From assembly GCA_963614875.1 (NCBI GenBank), contig CAVEFC010000004.1, forward strand, positions 1-58,108: a DNA stretch of 58,108 nucleotides, given 5' to 3'. Of this stretch, positions 10,501-19,391 are shown in pieces (the stretch's first letter is position 1; each line of letters begins with the position of its first letter). Below the pieces are notes generated by a model that was given only the letters and a program-made list of their open reading frames with translations, made no database searches and was not told where the DNA came from. The position numbers were made by a program, and so were the translations under genes. Source of the stretch: an uncultured Eubacteriales bacterium. Its GTDB lineage: Bacteria; Bacillota; Clostridia; Oscillospirales; CAG-272.

Positions 10501-11768
10501 TAACTGCGGACGCGAGTCCCGTCATCAAGATTGAACCTCTCTTTATAATCCCGGAAATAGTTTTTAAGTTCCTCCTTGAAAATTCTTTGTGAGAACGGGA
10601 AGGTAACTTTTGCCTCGTCGCAATAGGTTTTATACATCTCCCATGAGGCTTTGAGAGTTGTCCCGTCTTCTTTCTTAAAGACGTGGTAAGAATCAACAAT
10701 GAAGTTGTAGAAATCATTAGACGCACCGAGCATTGTAATGGGAATATAATCGTCATACCGACCGGGATTCTCCAGATAAACCTCCTGACAATGATATGCA
10801 ATGGCACCCAGCTCAAACTCAATCTGCTTTGTCACCGTCTTGTATTCCCTCGGACTCAGTTTATTTCCGGAAGGGGACACGTCAATCAGTCGTCTTATAA
10901 GACCGGATTTAGCGTCCGTAATCTTTACTGGTTTATTTGTGCCCATAAACAGAAAGCACTTAAAACGGTTTGCATAGGTCGATTTGAACTTTTCGTTTAC
11001 CGTCATAAGCTCATGAGAAACAAGGCTGTTCAAACGGGTATTGTCTTCAATCCGAGACAGATCGCCATCATGCTGAATCGCAACAAGGGGGTTTGTCTTG
11101 AACGCCTCCAGTGCAAAGGAGTTGCTTGAAGAGCCCAGTGCCTTGGCGTCGAAAACCGAGTAATAGCCATCAAAAAGCTGTTGCACAATATTGAGCACCG
11201 TCGATTTACCCGTGCCTGCCGCGCCGTACAGAACCATAAATTTCTGCAATTTCTTAGACTCTCCACATACTATCGAACCGATAGCCCATTCGATTTTTGT
11301 CCGTTCCTCTTCGGAATATAATGTGGACATAAGCCTGTCATATGCGTCGATGGTTCCTTGCTCCAGCGGATAGTTCAGCCTTTTGCTTGCATAGTCTTTT
11401 TTGTTTGTCGGCATATTTGAAAATATCAATTTCTCATCCAGCATATGAAACGAATCCCGCATCTGCTTCTGGCAGTATTTATGCCACGAATCGATCATTC
11501 CGGATTCCGAATCCCACATATGCAGAACTTTGATGCCTGCGTCGAAATGCGTGCGGTTTTCTTCCGCATACCTGTCGAGTTCTCTGTCGATAAGCTGGAG
11601 TGCGTCCTGCTCATCCGTAGACCACAGACCGCGTTCTTCCAGCCATATAGCATAAAAATCACCGCCTCTGATCATCAGGTCGGAGCTTTTCTTAATGATA
11701 AACTTCGGATAGATTTCTATTACGCCACGCTTTGTACTACGGGTTGAAATCATTAAAAAGTCGATCAT
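7560..11768 (-). CDS. fusion replicase: SF3 (D5/P4-type) helicase + prim-pol + family B DNA polymerase (1402 aa)
   Basis: Walker [10 protein letters not shown] (aa 182-190). Prim-pol motifs VIDFD (505-509) and GIHLHY (542-547). Exo I FYDVE (701-705), Exo II FNCRRYD, Exo III YCDND (857-861). Pol motif A DIASMHPS (991-998), motif [10 protein letters not shown] (1058-1066), motif C KTDS (1112-1115). Confidence 0.85.
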   Translation of the reverse strand: MIDFLMISTRSTKRGVIEIYPKFIIKKSSDLMIRGGDFYAIWLEERGLWSTDEQDALQLIDRELDRYAEENRTHFDAGIKVLHMWDSESGMIDSWHKYCQKQMRDSFHMLDEKLIFSNMPTNKKDYASKRLNYPLEQGTIDAYDRLMSTLYSEEERTKIEWAIGSIVCGESKKLQKFMVLYGAAGTGKSTVLNIVQQLFDGYYSVFDAKALGSSSNSFALEAFKTNPLVAIQHDGDLSRIEDNTRLNSLVSHELMTVNEKFKSTYANRFKCFLFMGTNKPVKITDAKSGLIRRLIDVSPSGNKLSPREYKTVTKQIEFELGAIAYHCQEVYLENPGRYDDYIPITMLGASNDFYNFIVDSYHVFKKEDGTTLKASWEMYKTYCDEAKVTFPFSQRIFKEELKNYFRDYKERFNLDDGTRVRSYYTGFRTEKFEGQTLSEKAEPDHKTIEFLKQKSIFDRECADCPAQYASEKETPTVKWDDVTTKLGELTTSRLHYVKVPENHIVIDFDIQDKDGNKSFELNLKEASKWPPTYAELSKSGQGIHLHYIYAGDVSKLSRVYDDHIEVKVFTGKSSLRRKLTKCNDLPIATINSGLPLKGEKPVINFEGVKSEKGLRTKIKRNLNKEYHPATKPSIDFIYKILEDAYASDLKYDVTDMRNAVLAFAASSTHHADYCIKLVNKMQFKSADRSAGIQNDDTKFVFYDVEVFPNLFLVNWKYAEDYSPSDFDSWSDYIRELQTNHKPVVRMINPTPAQLENVMRANLVGFNCRRYDNHILYARLMGYTNEQLFNLSIRIINGSANCFFGEAYNASYTDVYDFSSKKQSLKKFEIELGIHHQELGLPWDKPVPEERWTEVAEYCDNDVIATEATFNSRKADFTARQILADVAGMSVNDTTNSLTTKIIFGNNRKPQDQFNYRFMGDESQIFDPNADLPFAMSLEDTDEFCAFDKNHRPIFPGYIFENGKSVYRGEEVGEGGYVYAEPGMYSNIALLDIASMHPSSIVAEELFGPEYTKRFDELLQARIAIKHKDFDKAKKMLGGALAKYLTDENAAADLAQALKIAINSVYGLTSAGFENPFRDTRNKDNIVAKRGALFMVNLKHAVQDKGFTVAHIKTDSIKIPDATPEIIRFVTEYGKLYGYNFEHEATYDRMCLVNDAVYIARYATVEKCYGLYGKEYIDSAKDICKENKKHPYDWTATGTQFQIPYVFKTLFSKENIEFEDMCETKSVTSALYLDMNEDLPDVSDYEKQYAKLLKELSDISKLEDPMSKECQEFEKLEKIIVDGHSYHFIGKVGQFCPIKPGCGGGVLLRETENKKTKEKGYAAATGSKGFRWLESEVVKQLNKQEDIDRTYYNNMVDEAVKSLSEYGDFERFTAEEPYVSEDTPPWFGPGDPYEDEFTPFDVR

Positions 11769-11777
11769 TGAGTCTGG

Positions 11778-12011
11778 TTAATCTCCTTCCGTATTTTTGA
11801 GCTCCTTAATCTCGGACTTGAGACTTTCGATTTTGTTCTGCATACTGCGGATCGCCATATTCTGAATAAGCATATGTGCGGATGCGGCAACCGCAAATAT
11901 CACTGTGCCGCGATTAAAAGATTTCTGATGCTTAAGTGCTTTACCAAATACACTTATAGCAGTCTCGGAGCAACGGAGGCTGCCGAAAATATAACGGATC
12001 ATTTCATCCAT
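11778..12011 (-). CDS. hypothetical protein (77 aa)
   Basis: The ORF has an AAAGGAG RBS and ends 10 nt upstream of the polymerase start. Confidence 0.55.
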   Translation of the reverse strand: MDEMIRYIFGSLRCSETAISVFGKALKHQKSFNRGTVIFAVAASAHMLIQNMAIRSMQNKIESLKSEIKELKNTEGD

Positions 12012-12049
12012 TTTGTTTTTTTTCTCCTTTCATTTGTTAACATCTCTTT

Positions 12050-12598
12050 TTACAGGATGCTGTCCAGATACCAGTTCATCTGCCACCAGATTTCAACCGA
12101 TCTCATATCGTATCTGCAGTGTTCAACCGTAAACAGACCGCCTTCGCCGTTTTGTTTGTATTTATGGTGCATGAATCGAAATATCACATCGTCCGTATAC
12201 CCCGCTTCAAATCGGGTATCGTTCATCGATTCTAATCCAAGGCTGACAATCATATTCCAAAACCATTGTCCCATTCGATTGCCCGCGTCAGGATCGGCCA
12301 TAATATGTTCCTCGCAACGAAAAGCCAATGCAATAAGCATTTCCAGCACACTACAAGGACGATCATCCAGATAACTGGCAATCATTGGACTCTCGTATTC
12401 TTTTTCATAGCCAAAACGATACCGGAGGTCTATTCCATCTTCGGCTCTGTTTCCGTCCATCGGCAATGTATATTGAAAAACAATATCATGCAGATGGCGC
12501 AGAAGCCTCTGATAAGATAGCCCCCTGATGTATCGTTTATCGCATACGAGCTGACACATCCATCTGAAGTATTCATCGTTCAGCTCTGATTTTGTCAT
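12050..12598 (-). CDS. conserved phage hypothetical protein (182 aa)
   Basis: RBS GGAGAG upstream. The amino-acid composition is typical of a real coding region. No recognised motif. Confidence 0.65.
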   Translation of the reverse strand: MTKSELNDEYFRWMCQLVCDKRYIRGLSYQRLLRHLHDIVFQYTLPMDGNRAEDGIDLRYRFGYEKEYESPMIASYLDDRPCSVLEMLIALAFRCEEHIMADPDAGNRMGQWFWNMIVSLGLESMNDTRFEAGYTDDVIFRFMHHKYKQNGEGGLFTVEHCRYDMRSVEIWWQMNWYLDSIL

Positions 12599-12611
12599 TT
12601 AATCTCTCCTG

Positions 12612-13193
12612 TCAATAGGTCGAGTCGTCCGTCACGTCGGCAAAAGAGCGATTATCCTTGCAGATTTCATAATCGCATCTCAGAATATCATTCCGGACGA
12701 AAACCGAATCGTCTTCATATTCTCCGAAATGTTCTGCAAAATCCTCGCCAACGGTGCCGGCAATATCCTCAACAACCTCGTCCTCCTCATCCGCAAGAAC
12801 CTCATCGCCGTCATAATAGACCAAGCTGATCTGCGTGTAGTCGTCTGACGTTCCGAACTCGTCGGGAGAAATGATATAAGGCTTGGCGGATGTGACTTTT
12901 TCTTTTTTCTTCTCCGTATTTTTTCTTCCGTGTTCCGCATAGTCGATATACCCCTCTTCCTGAAGCTTTGCGGCGTAATCGACAAAATCTGGTTTCAGTT
13001 TTGCAATATCTTCTTCATGTGTCTCGGTGGGGGTATCATTGTTATTGACCGCATCCCGTCTGGCAAAAACAGCTTTCACGGAATCAATCTCCTCCTGAGC
13101 AATCCGCTCGTATCTCTTCTTGAGAAGCAGCCATGTTGTGGCGGAACCGACAGTGGCTCCGGCAAGGAACATGGCAAAATTGGTTTTACTCAT
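12612..13193 (-). CDS. membrane-anchored acidic protein (193 aa from internal ATG)
   Basis: The ATG at 13193 overlaps the upstream gene end (GATTATGAGTAA). An N-terminal TM segment FAMFLAGATVGSATTWLLL is followed by a strongly acidic C-terminal half. Confidence 0.6.
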   Translation of the reverse strand: MSKTNFAMFLAGATVGSATTWLLLKKRYERIAQEEIDSVKAVFARRDAVNNNDTPTETHEEDIAKLKPDFVDYAAKLQEEGYIDYAEHGRKNTEKKKEKVTSAKPYIISPDEFGTSDDYTQISLVYYDGDEVLADEEDEVVEDIAGTVGEDFAEHFGEYEDDSVFVRNDILRCDYEICKDNRSFADVTDDSTY

Positions 13194-13356
13194 AATCTTC
13201 GTAGTCCTCCTTATCTGATTTGATTGTAACAACAGTAACGGCAAGACCTCCGAACAGCAGTGCCGCGCTCAGAAGAATCCCTCCTGTAATGTGTCTTTTG
13301 CGCCTGCTGTCGAGCATGGCATCAATAGTTGAAATAAAGTTATCCAGAATATTCAT
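13186..13356 (-). CDS. small membrane protein (56 aa)
   Basis: RBS GGAAGGAG precedes the ATG at 13356. One TM segment (GGILLSAALLFGGLAVTVV). Confidence 0.5.
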   Translation of the reverse strand: MNILDNFISTIDAMLDSRRKRHITGGILLSAALLFGGLAVTVVTIKSDKEDYEDYE

Positions 13357-13358
13357 GT

Positions 13359-13448
13359 TTACTCCTTCCCACCTGAAAGAACGGCAATTCCTCCGACAAG
13401 GCAAAGTCCTGCCATAGTGGAAAGTATGTATGAAAATAATGCTTTCAT
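13359..13448 (-). CDS. 29-aa hydrophobic peptide (MKALFSYILSTMAGLCLVGGIAVLSGGKE)
   Basis: Not in the ORF track because it is under 60 aa. GAAAGGAG lies 8 nt upstream of the ATG at 13448. Confidence 0.35.
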   Translation of the reverse strand: MKALFSYILSTMAGLCLVGGIAVLSGGKE

Positions 13449-13486
13449 TTTGTGTTCTCCTTTCAAAATATAATTAAAACGGTCTG

Positions 13487-14404
13487 TCACATCTTTTCCC
13501 AGATATTGCCCTCGACATTGAAATCAAGAAGCAATGCAGGTTCGTGACGGCCGTCAGAAGTTTCGCGTTCGACCTCGACAATGCGGAAATTCACGTAACC
13601 GTCCGGACCGTCTTTTGTCCATCCGACAATCTGGCCGGCCGGGGTACGCGGCAGATCGAGATCATCCAGCACTTCGTTCAGGAAAAGATGCCCGCGCGTC
13701 TGAAGCTTGTCGTTGGCAAACGCCTGCTGAGCTTTAAGAAACATGAGATTATAGTCCATAGTGTTCTCATAGCAACGGCTTCTGTTGTCAAAATAAACGG
13801 CATAGTCGCTCTGAAGATTCGGGTCGGTCACCATCACTGTTTTTTTTACTTTTTTCTCTTTGCCCGTTTCGGGATCGATTTCGACTTCTTCAAATTTTTT
13901 TGCCTTGATTCCGTACTTAAGCTCGGTATCAACCTGCTCCCCGAAACGCTCGACAACCCGCCCGCGATATTCTTTGAAGCTCTTGTCTATTGCGGCATAA
14001 GCCGCGCCCAGAGCCACATTGCGCTTACGCAAAATATTGTTTGACGCAAGAATACCCGTAATGGACAGCGAACCGAGAATAATGGCAGGGGCGTACAGCT
14101 TAGCCAGTTTAACGCCTGTCTGAGCATAAACCATGACAATATCTTTTTTGCCGTCTTCAGACGTATATGTCTGTCCGTTGATAGCTCCGGCTTCCATGCC
14201 TGTGTGAATCGTATCAAGGGTTTCTTTGCTTTCGCTTAGAATTTCTCCGATTTTGGTGGTTGCTTTGCAGGCAATAACCGCGCTCGCAACAGCACCTACA
14301 ACACCGGCTATAACAAAAATCTCCGGGCTGTGTTTTCTGAATTTCATAACGGCTTTGGATGTAAAGCCGCTTATGCTCTTCATGAATTTGGTTTTGTTTT
14401 TCAT
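13487..14404 (-). CDS. phage membrane protein, paralogue 1 of 3 (305 aa)
   Basis: Shares KHSPEI..TM..CKAT.K...TM..LRKRN.AL.AAYA...Y...V.E.FGE and a C-terminal G..VGW motif with 15931-16692 and 18194-19018. Confidence 0.75.
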   Translation of the reverse strand: MKNKTKFMKSISGFTSKAVMKFRKHSPEIFVIAGVVGAVASAVIACKATTKIGEILSESKETLDTIHTGMEAGAINGQTYTSEDGKKDIVMVYAQTGVKLAKLYAPAIILGSLSITGILASNNILRKRNVALGAAYAAIDKSFKEYRGRVVERFGEQVDTELKYGIKAKKFEEVEIDPETGKEKKVKKTVMVTDPNLQSDYAVYFDNRSRCYENTMDYNLMFLKAQQAFANDKLQTRGHLFLNEVLDDLDLPRTPAGQIVGWTKDGPDGYVNFRIVEVERETSDGRHEPALLLDFNVEGNIWEKM

Positions 14405-14421
14405 AATTTGTTTTCTCCTTT

Positions 14422-14688
14422 TCAGTTATTAGAATTGATTTCTGCACCGCAGGCAGCATATCCGGCTAAGTCGGCATAGCTATCGTCCGTAGCCGTGCCC
14501 GCCCTGATTCGTGCGATTTTAAGAAGTGCCATCATCATGGCAACATCGTTTGCTGTAAATTCAATGCCTTTGTAGACGCTCCAGAAGCCTGCGATAGCAG
14601 TGAAGTTATCTTCAGGAGAGCCGTATTCGTTCTCCCGATGACCGCATACACAGGCTTTTGCTTTATCGAGGGTCTCAGCTCTGTTCAT
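14422..14688 (-). CDS. conserved phage protein (88 aa; I believe the DUF6378-type family)
   Basis: Motifs R.NEYGSPEDNF..IA..W and MMALLKIARI......DSYADLAGYAA. RBS GAAAGGAG. Confidence 0.65.
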   Translation of the reverse strand: MNRAETLDKAKACVCGHRENEYGSPEDNFTAIAGFWSVYKGIEFTANDVAMMMALLKIARIRAGTATDDSYADLAGYAACGAEINSNN

Positions 14689-14701
14689 TGCGTTTCTCCT
14701 T

Positions 14702-15307
14702 TCAGTTCAGCGGAATGGCACGAGGCAGTTTCAGAATATAACCGTCTCGGACTCTTACTGCAGTAGCACCGCCGATGTTTTTCCAGCCATAGCGGTTCAT
14801 CGTGAAATTGTCGTTCGGAACACGGGCAAGATCATATAAATCGGATACGCTTACCGTTCCGTACTGGCTTATAATATCATTCATAGCGTCCAGTACCGCT
14901 TCCGCATCCCCGCGGGTATCAAACACAATATCATCATAATCGAGGGTATTTCGCCGATTACTCACGGCTCCGGCCCGAACACGATCAACATCCCATTCAT
15001 AATAGTTTTGATATGAGTATTTGGATGCCGTACCGTTCTTTTTGCGTCTGCCGGATTCTCCGTAAAGAAGCATATCGATGGCTGTGGTAACAATGTCGGA
15101 AATAGCCTTTTTAACGTTAGGCACAACAACCTCCATCAAAATATAACTCTTTACGTTGTTTGCATCTTCGGCAATAAACGCGTCTGTAAACTTTTTTATT
15201 TCGCCCTTTTTTCTGGTTTTTGCAGATCCGGCAATAACCGCTTCCACCTTTTTTTCCGGCTGCTGTTCTTTGCGGAACTTGTCGGAATTGGATTTGTAAT
15301 CTTCCAC
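14702..15307 (-). CDS. hypothetical protein (201 aa)
   Basis: GTG start with an AGGAGG RBS. No recognised motif. Confidence 0.65.
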   Translation of the reverse strand: MEDYKSNSDKFRKEQQPEKKVEAVIAGSAKTRKKGEIKKFTDAFIAEDANNVKSYILMEVVVPNVKKAISDIVTTAIDMLLYGESGRRKKNGTASKYSYQNYYEWDVDRVRAGAVSNRRNTLDYDDIVFDTRGDAEAVLDAMNDIISQYGTVSVSDLYDLARVPNDNFTMNRYGWKNIGGATAVRVRDGYILKLPRAIPLN

Positions 15308-15321
15308 TACGAACCTCCTTT

Positions 15322-15510
15322 TTATGCCGGAATCAGTTTTCCGGGAAGAGAGATTTTAGTGCTCGGCGTTAAACCGTTTTCTTTCTTGAAGCGATAGGTA
15401 AGATTACTTTTTGCCTTAGCTTCCGAGGGGGCAACGGTTGTTGCTTTCCATGAATGCAAAATAACATCGTCAAAGCGTAAAACAGGACCGTCATAGTAAT
15501 ACTGTTGCAT
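15322..15510 (-). CDS. hypothetical protein (62 aa)
   Basis: RBS GGAAAGGAG lies 7 nt upstream of the ATG. Confidence 0.5.
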   Translation of the reverse strand: MQQYYYDGPVLRFDDVILHSWKATTVAPSEAKAKSNLTYRFKKENGLTPSTKISLPGKLIPA

Positions 15511-15598
15511 AATTTTCTCCTTTCCAAATATAAAGAAAAAAGAGAAAGCACCTTGTTACAGGTACTCTCCCTTATCCGAACTTCTCAAATTCGCATTT

Positions 15599-15853
15599 TC
15601 AGTCGTCTTCAGCAACAACATCGTATTCGTCTACAACAATTGTTTGCTCCTTAGCAGCCATCTTCTTCTGTCTGAGCTGGGCTTTGATATTCGCGATGAC
15701 CGGCTTTGCTACGTATTTGTAGACCACTAAGCCTACAACCACGCTCAAGCCGACACCTACTGCAATCTTAACACCCTTGCTCATACCGGTGTTTTCGATA
15801 ACTTCTTCGGTAGTCTCCATAACCTCATTGTTCATAATTTCGTTGTTGTTCAT
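15599..15853 (-). CDS. small membrane protein (84 aa from internal ATG)
   Basis: AAGGAG RBS precedes the ATG at 15853. TM segment GVKIAVGVGLSVVVGLVVY and an acidic C-terminus. Confidence 0.55.
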   Translation of the reverse strand: MNNNEIMNNEVMETTEEVIENTGMSKGVKIAVGVGLSVVVGLVVYKYVAKPVIANIKAQLRQKKMAAKEQTIVVDEYDVVAEDD

Positions 15854-15896
15854 TGTAAAATCTCCTTTTTTAATATGTGAAATTGTGGAATGTTCT

Positions 15897-15926
15897 TCCA
15901 TTAAATAAATTGTATTTTTCGCGCGG
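15897..15926 (-). promoter_or_regulatory. conserved phage promoter-like element, variant B (CGCGCG-17-AATGGA)
   Basis: Minus strand CCGCGCGAAAAATACAATTTATTTAATGGA, upstream of 15599-15853. Confidence 0.45.
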
Positions 15927-15930
15927 ATGA

Positions 15931-16692
15931 TTACTGATAATCATAAACCGGCGCAATCTGGTAGTCGATCACAAGACAAGGCGTTCCGTTAGCGTCGAGC
16001 TGGGACGAAAAAGCAAGGTCGATATATCCTTTGTCAATATTCCAGCCGAGCATATCGCCCATTTTGGTACCGTCCAGTCCGAGTTCGTAATAAAACTCGT
16101 TCAGTGTAACATACATCTCGTCGCGCATCTGTCGGTTAAGATCGTTCATAACCCGAACAATTTTATCCCTGTCGGACTTGAAATATCTTCCGGATAGAAC
16201 ATCATAGCATATGGTGTTTCCGCCCTTCTCTGTGAGAATAACTTCACGGACAGGGTTCCGGATCATTTTCTCCTTTGACACGGAATCGCGGATCGCCTGC
16301 TCTTTTTTCTCCCCGATACTTTCGACCACCTTTTCCTGATACTCCCTCAAAGTAGATTCGGACAGGGTATAGGCGGTTGCCAGAGCCGCATTCCGACGCA
16401 GATTTGTCGAGCTTGCCCCGATCAAACAGATTACCGAAACCGTCCCGACTGCCGCCGCCGGAATATAACAGGGCCATGCGGTCTTGATAATTTCCTTTGG
16501 CTCAAGCCGATCGGTTTCAAGCTCGCTTTTCCTGTCTTCAAGTAAAATCAGAGCCTTGGGGGTTGCTTTTACTGCCATAATGGTAGTTGTAATCATACCG
16601 GCGATTCCGATTCCGGTGAGAATTTCCGGACTATGTTTTTTCATTGCCGTCCGTACACTTCTGGCAATGCCGGATAAACTTAGTTTAGCCAT
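15931..16692 (-). CDS. phage membrane protein, paralogue 2 of 3 (253 aa)
   Basis: KKHSPEIL..AVKATPKALILLE..CYIPAA..LRRNAALATAY...LNEFYYELGL..GDMLGW aligns with 18194-19018 along its full length. Confidence 0.75.
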   Translation of the reverse strand: MAKLSLSGIARSVRTAMKKHSPEILTGIGIAGMITTTIMAVKATPKALILLEDRKSELETDRLEPKEIIKTAWPCYIPAAAVGTVSVICLIGASSTNLRRNAALATAYTLSESTLREYQEKVVESIGEKKEQAIRDSVSKEKMIRNPVREVILTEKGGNTICYDVLSGRYFKSDRDKIVRVMNDLNRQMRDEMYVTLNEFYYELGLDGTKMGDMLGWNIDKGYIDLAFSSQLDANGTPCLVIDYQIAPVYDYQ

Positions 16693-16939
16693 GTTTTTTC
16701 TCCTTTCGATACTGTTTGAGATAACCAGCTCTGAAATATGTGGGTTTTATCTTGTAATTACTGTGATATGACCACACGTGAGGATAAAGTCTGCCCGTTA
16801 TTTTGCTGGCGATAATGTCTATAGCCGCATTTCTTAGATGCTTATATTTCAGAATCTTACTGAACATAAATATAATTCCGCCTATAAAACCGCAGACCGT
16901 CCCGATGCCTAAAATAACTGCTTTTTCAATTTTCAGCAT
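16685..16939 (-). CDS. small membrane protein (84 aa)
   Basis: RBS GAAAGGAG. N-terminal TM segment. Overlaps the downstream gene start by 8 nt. Confidence 0.55.
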   Translation of the reverse strand: MLKIEKAVILGIGTVCGFIGGIIFMFSKILKYKHLRNAAIDIIASKITGRLYPHVWSYHSNYKIKPTYFRAGYLKQYRKEKKHG

Positions 16940-16978
16940 TTTGCTTTTCTCCTTTCAAAAATATAATTGTTGTTATGT

Positions 16979-17602
16979 TTATTTATCGTTGCCTTTGCTA
17001 ATCAACTCACTGTACGGCAGAGTTTCAATCCAATCGCAGAGTGTATGCCACTCATCGAGCTTATGATTGCGGCGGGACTTATAAATATTAGCCAGAACCT
17101 CATAATTCAGCATCACCGTCCGGCGCTGGTTATAAGAGCTGGGAAGAAGCTGAATCATCTGCCACCACCAGTCTTTTTCATTTGACGATAAATAGCACAG
17201 TCTGGCATCGTTCAGATAATTGATAATACCCCTCAAGTGAAACATTGCAGCGTCCTGAAGATGCTCGCAAGAGAAGTCTGACTCTGTAAACTCCTTATCC
17301 GCAATCTTGTGCATCGTGGAACAGGAATTTGCAACCGTGCCCACTTTATAAGTATCAAACTCCTTCCACCAGTACAGCGGTGCTGTAATATCCAAATACA
17401 CAGTAATCATACGCATGAACTTGCGATGATCCGTACCGGCATTGCGGAGGCGAATCATCAGATGATAGTCGTTAGGGCCAATTATAAAACCGTCATACGT
17501 TCCGAATATACTGTCACTCTTCCCCCACGAATTCATGGGGTTCCGCATACCGCGGATGGTGTGTTCCCACCCCATTACTTCAGTGTTTTCAATTTTCAGC
17601 AT
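16979..17602 (-). CDS. ThyX-like (flavin-dependent thymidylate synthase fold) protein, non-canonical motif
   Basis: 207 aa. The layout DHRKFMR..ITV.LDITAPLYWWKEFDTYKVGTVANSCSTMH resembles the ThyX core, but the RHR..S..S.RY signature is not intact. Assigned from memory only. Confidence 0.4.
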   Translation of the reverse strand: MLKIENTEVMGWEHTIRGMRNPMNSWGKSDSIFGTYDGFIIGPNDYHLMIRLRNAGTDHRKFMRMITVYLDITAPLYWWKEFDTYKVGTVANSCSTMHKIADKEFTESDFSCEHLQDAAMFHLRGIINYLNDARLCYLSSNEKDWWWQMIQLLPSSYNQRRTVMLNYEVLANIYKSRRNHKLDEWHTLCDWIETLPYSELISKGNDK

Positions 17603-17626
17603 TTTGTTTTTTCTCCTTTCATGTTT

Positions 17627-17932
17627 TCAAATAAGTAATAAAAATAATTCTTCTGCTGTTTCGACTGCGGATTGAAATATAAAACTGCGAGCCTCATCTT
17701 CGCCATAGCAAGCATACATCGCCATATCAAACATAAAGTTTTCAATGGTAATAATCGGATCGTCAAGAGGATGATCCATAATTCGATTACAGATTTCATA
17801 CGCAGCCCATTGCTGATAAGATCTTTTCTTGAACTCGCGCTTATTCCATGAGAATGACGGGCTGAAAAGATACTTATCGGTATACTCGCGAATAATCGAC
17901 ACAGCCGTATCAACGTCATACATACCGCACAT
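17627..17932 (-). CDS. hypothetical protein (about 100 aa), probable paralogue of 19039-19359
   Basis: KKRSYQQWAAYEI here matches KKTSYSQWAVDEL in the other gene, and the lengths are similar. The ATG at 17923 has better RBS spacing than 17932. Confidence 0.55.
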   Translation of the reverse strand: MCGMYDVDTAVSIIREYTDKYLFSPSFSWNKREFKKRSYQQWAAYEICNRIMDHPLDDPIITIENFMFDMAMYACYGEDEARSFIFQSAVETAEELFLLLI

Positions 17933-17940
17933 CTCCGGAT

Positions 17941-17967
17941 AAAGAGAAAGAGCCCTTGTCAGGACTC
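17941..17967 (-). terminator. intrinsic terminator
   Basis: Minus strand GAGTCC-TGACAA-GGGCTC followed by TTTCTCTTT. The stop codon of 17959-18141 lies in the loop. Confidence 0.5.
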
Positions 17968-18141
17968 CTCCTCTTCGTCTTCATTTTCTTCGTTAAGTGC
18001 GGCAAGCTTTTCATCAACACATTCGTTGATTTTTTGATCCATTTGCCTGTCGTTTACCCAGTTGGCAAGCAACGTCATTGCTGCACCTCCTGCGGCGGCG
18101 ATAAGGCCAAGGATTTTAATCAGTTTACTATTGTTTTTCAT
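17959..18141 (-). CDS. small membrane protein (60 aa)
   Basis: Internal ATG at 18141 with a GGAGG RBS. The longer track ORF would overlap the upstream gene. TM segment ILGLIAAAGGAAMTLL and an acidic tail. Confidence 0.55.
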   Translation of the reverse strand: MKNNSKLIKILGLIAAAGGAAMTLLANWVNDRQMDQKINECVDEKLAALNEENEDEEEES

Positions 18142-18163
18142 AAAGCGAAACCTCCTTTTCGTT

Positions 18164-18192
18164 TTCATAAAGCAAGATGTATTTTTTGCGAA
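18164..18192 (-). promoter_or_regulatory. conserved phage promoter-like element, type A (TTCGCA-17-TATGAA)
   Basis: Minus strand TTCGCAAAAAATACATCTTGCTTTATGAA, upstream of 17959-18141. Confidence 0.5.
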
Positions 18193-18193
18193 C

Positions 18194-19018
18194 TTAGAGA
18201 TCTTCCATCCAGTCCGCAGTCGGTTCAAAGACCATGTCGATGACATAGATTTCCATACCATCTTCAAGAGTAATGCGATGATGGTTAAAGTCGATCCAGT
18301 AAATATCACCGTTACAGCTCGACCAACCGACCGCATCACCAAGGTCTGTCTTCTCAAGCCCCAAGAACTCGTAAAACTCATTCAAGGGAATTACACCCTT
18401 AAACATGAAATTACGATTGAGGTGGTACTCGGCTTCGATCACTTTTGCAATAGTCGTCTCAAAATATCTTTGAGAAAAGCTGTCGTAGAATGTCCGAGAA
18501 ATTTCCGGCTCCATCTCCTCACCAAAGTCCAATGTCGAATCGTACCATCCTCCGGACGCCGAAACGGTAATGTCTTTACACTTTTCTTTGACAAGAGAAT
18601 CCACGATCGCGTTGTGGGCTTCCTCGCCATACAGCTCTTTCAGCTTATCCTTATATCCCTTATAAGAACTCTGGACAAGTGCATAAGCACCGGTGAGAGC
18701 TGTCTGTTGACGCCCGTTCAAAGTATTTGCGCCCATAATGCAGGCGATTGTCGATACGCCGAACACTGCCGCCGGAATATAACATTTCCATGCCGACATA
18801 AATGCTTCTTTTTTTGTGTAGGCGTATGGATCTCCGTCATGATTTTTTCTGCTGTCGGACTGAATCAACATAACGGCTTTGGGGGTTGCTTTGACTGCTG
18901 CAATGGCAGTTACCACAACTCCTGCAGATGCTGCACAAGACAAAGCGACAGGGGAATATTTTCTGGCATATAGCCTCGCCTTATACAGCATTTTTTGAAT
19001 TGTTTGATTTTTGCTCAT
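18194..19018 (-). CDS. phage membrane protein, paralogue 3 of 3 (274 aa)
   Basis: See 15931-16692. RBS GAAAGGAG. Confidence 0.75.
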   Translation of the reverse strand: MSKNQTIQKMLYKARLYARKYSPVALSCAASAGVVVTAIAAVKATPKAVMLIQSDSRKNHDGDPYAYTKKEAFMSAWKCYIPAAVFGVSTIACIMGANTLNGRQQTALTGAYALVQSSYKGYKDKLKELYGEEAHNAIVDSLVKEKCKDITVSASGGWYDSTLDFGEEMEPEISRTFYDSFSQRYFETTIAKVIEAEYHLNRNFMFKGVIPLNEFYEFLGLEKTDLGDAVGWSSCNGDIYWIDFNHHRITLEDGMEIYVIDMVFEPTADWMEDL

Positions 19019-19038
19019 CGTTTTTCTCCTTTCATGTT

Positions 19039-19359
19039 TTACTTCATTGCTTGCAATAAATCCAAAATGTTTGCCGCCATTTCACAGGCGTAACAAAACA
19101 TAATGCGTGTTTTGGGATTTACCTTTGAATAGGCGGACATTTTTTTCATAAACTCCCGTGTCAATTCACTGAATTCATCCATAGATCCGCTTGTGCGTGG
19201 GTAAATCCGTTCGGCGATAAATTCTTTGAGCTCGTCGACAGCCCACTGTGAGTAACTCGTTTTTTTGTAATCCTCTGTCCATTTACTGAATAGTGGCGGC
19301 AGCCATGCATCCATTTGATACATATCATACAAGAGTAATTCAAATTGGTCGAGGCTCAT
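19039..19359 (-). CDS. hypothetical protein (106 aa), probable paralogue of 17627-17932
   Basis: RBS GAAAGGAG lies 6 nt upstream of the ATG. Confidence 0.6.
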   Translation of the reverse strand: MSLDQFELLLYDMYQMDAWLPPLFSKWTEDYKKTSYSQWAVDELKEFIAERIYPRTSGSMDEFSELTREFMKKMSAYSKVNPKTRIMFCYACEMAANILDLLQAMK

Positions 19360-19391
19360 GGTTTTCTCCTTTCATGCAAAATAAAAAGTAA

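Noticed and set aside
16925-17608. A shared ~20-nt 5' end (AAAATGCTGAAAATTGAAAA) in genes 16685-16939 and 16979-17602, considered as a recombination scar
   Set aside because: The match is too short and A/T-rich to distinguish from chance, and the proteins diverge immediately after MLKIE.
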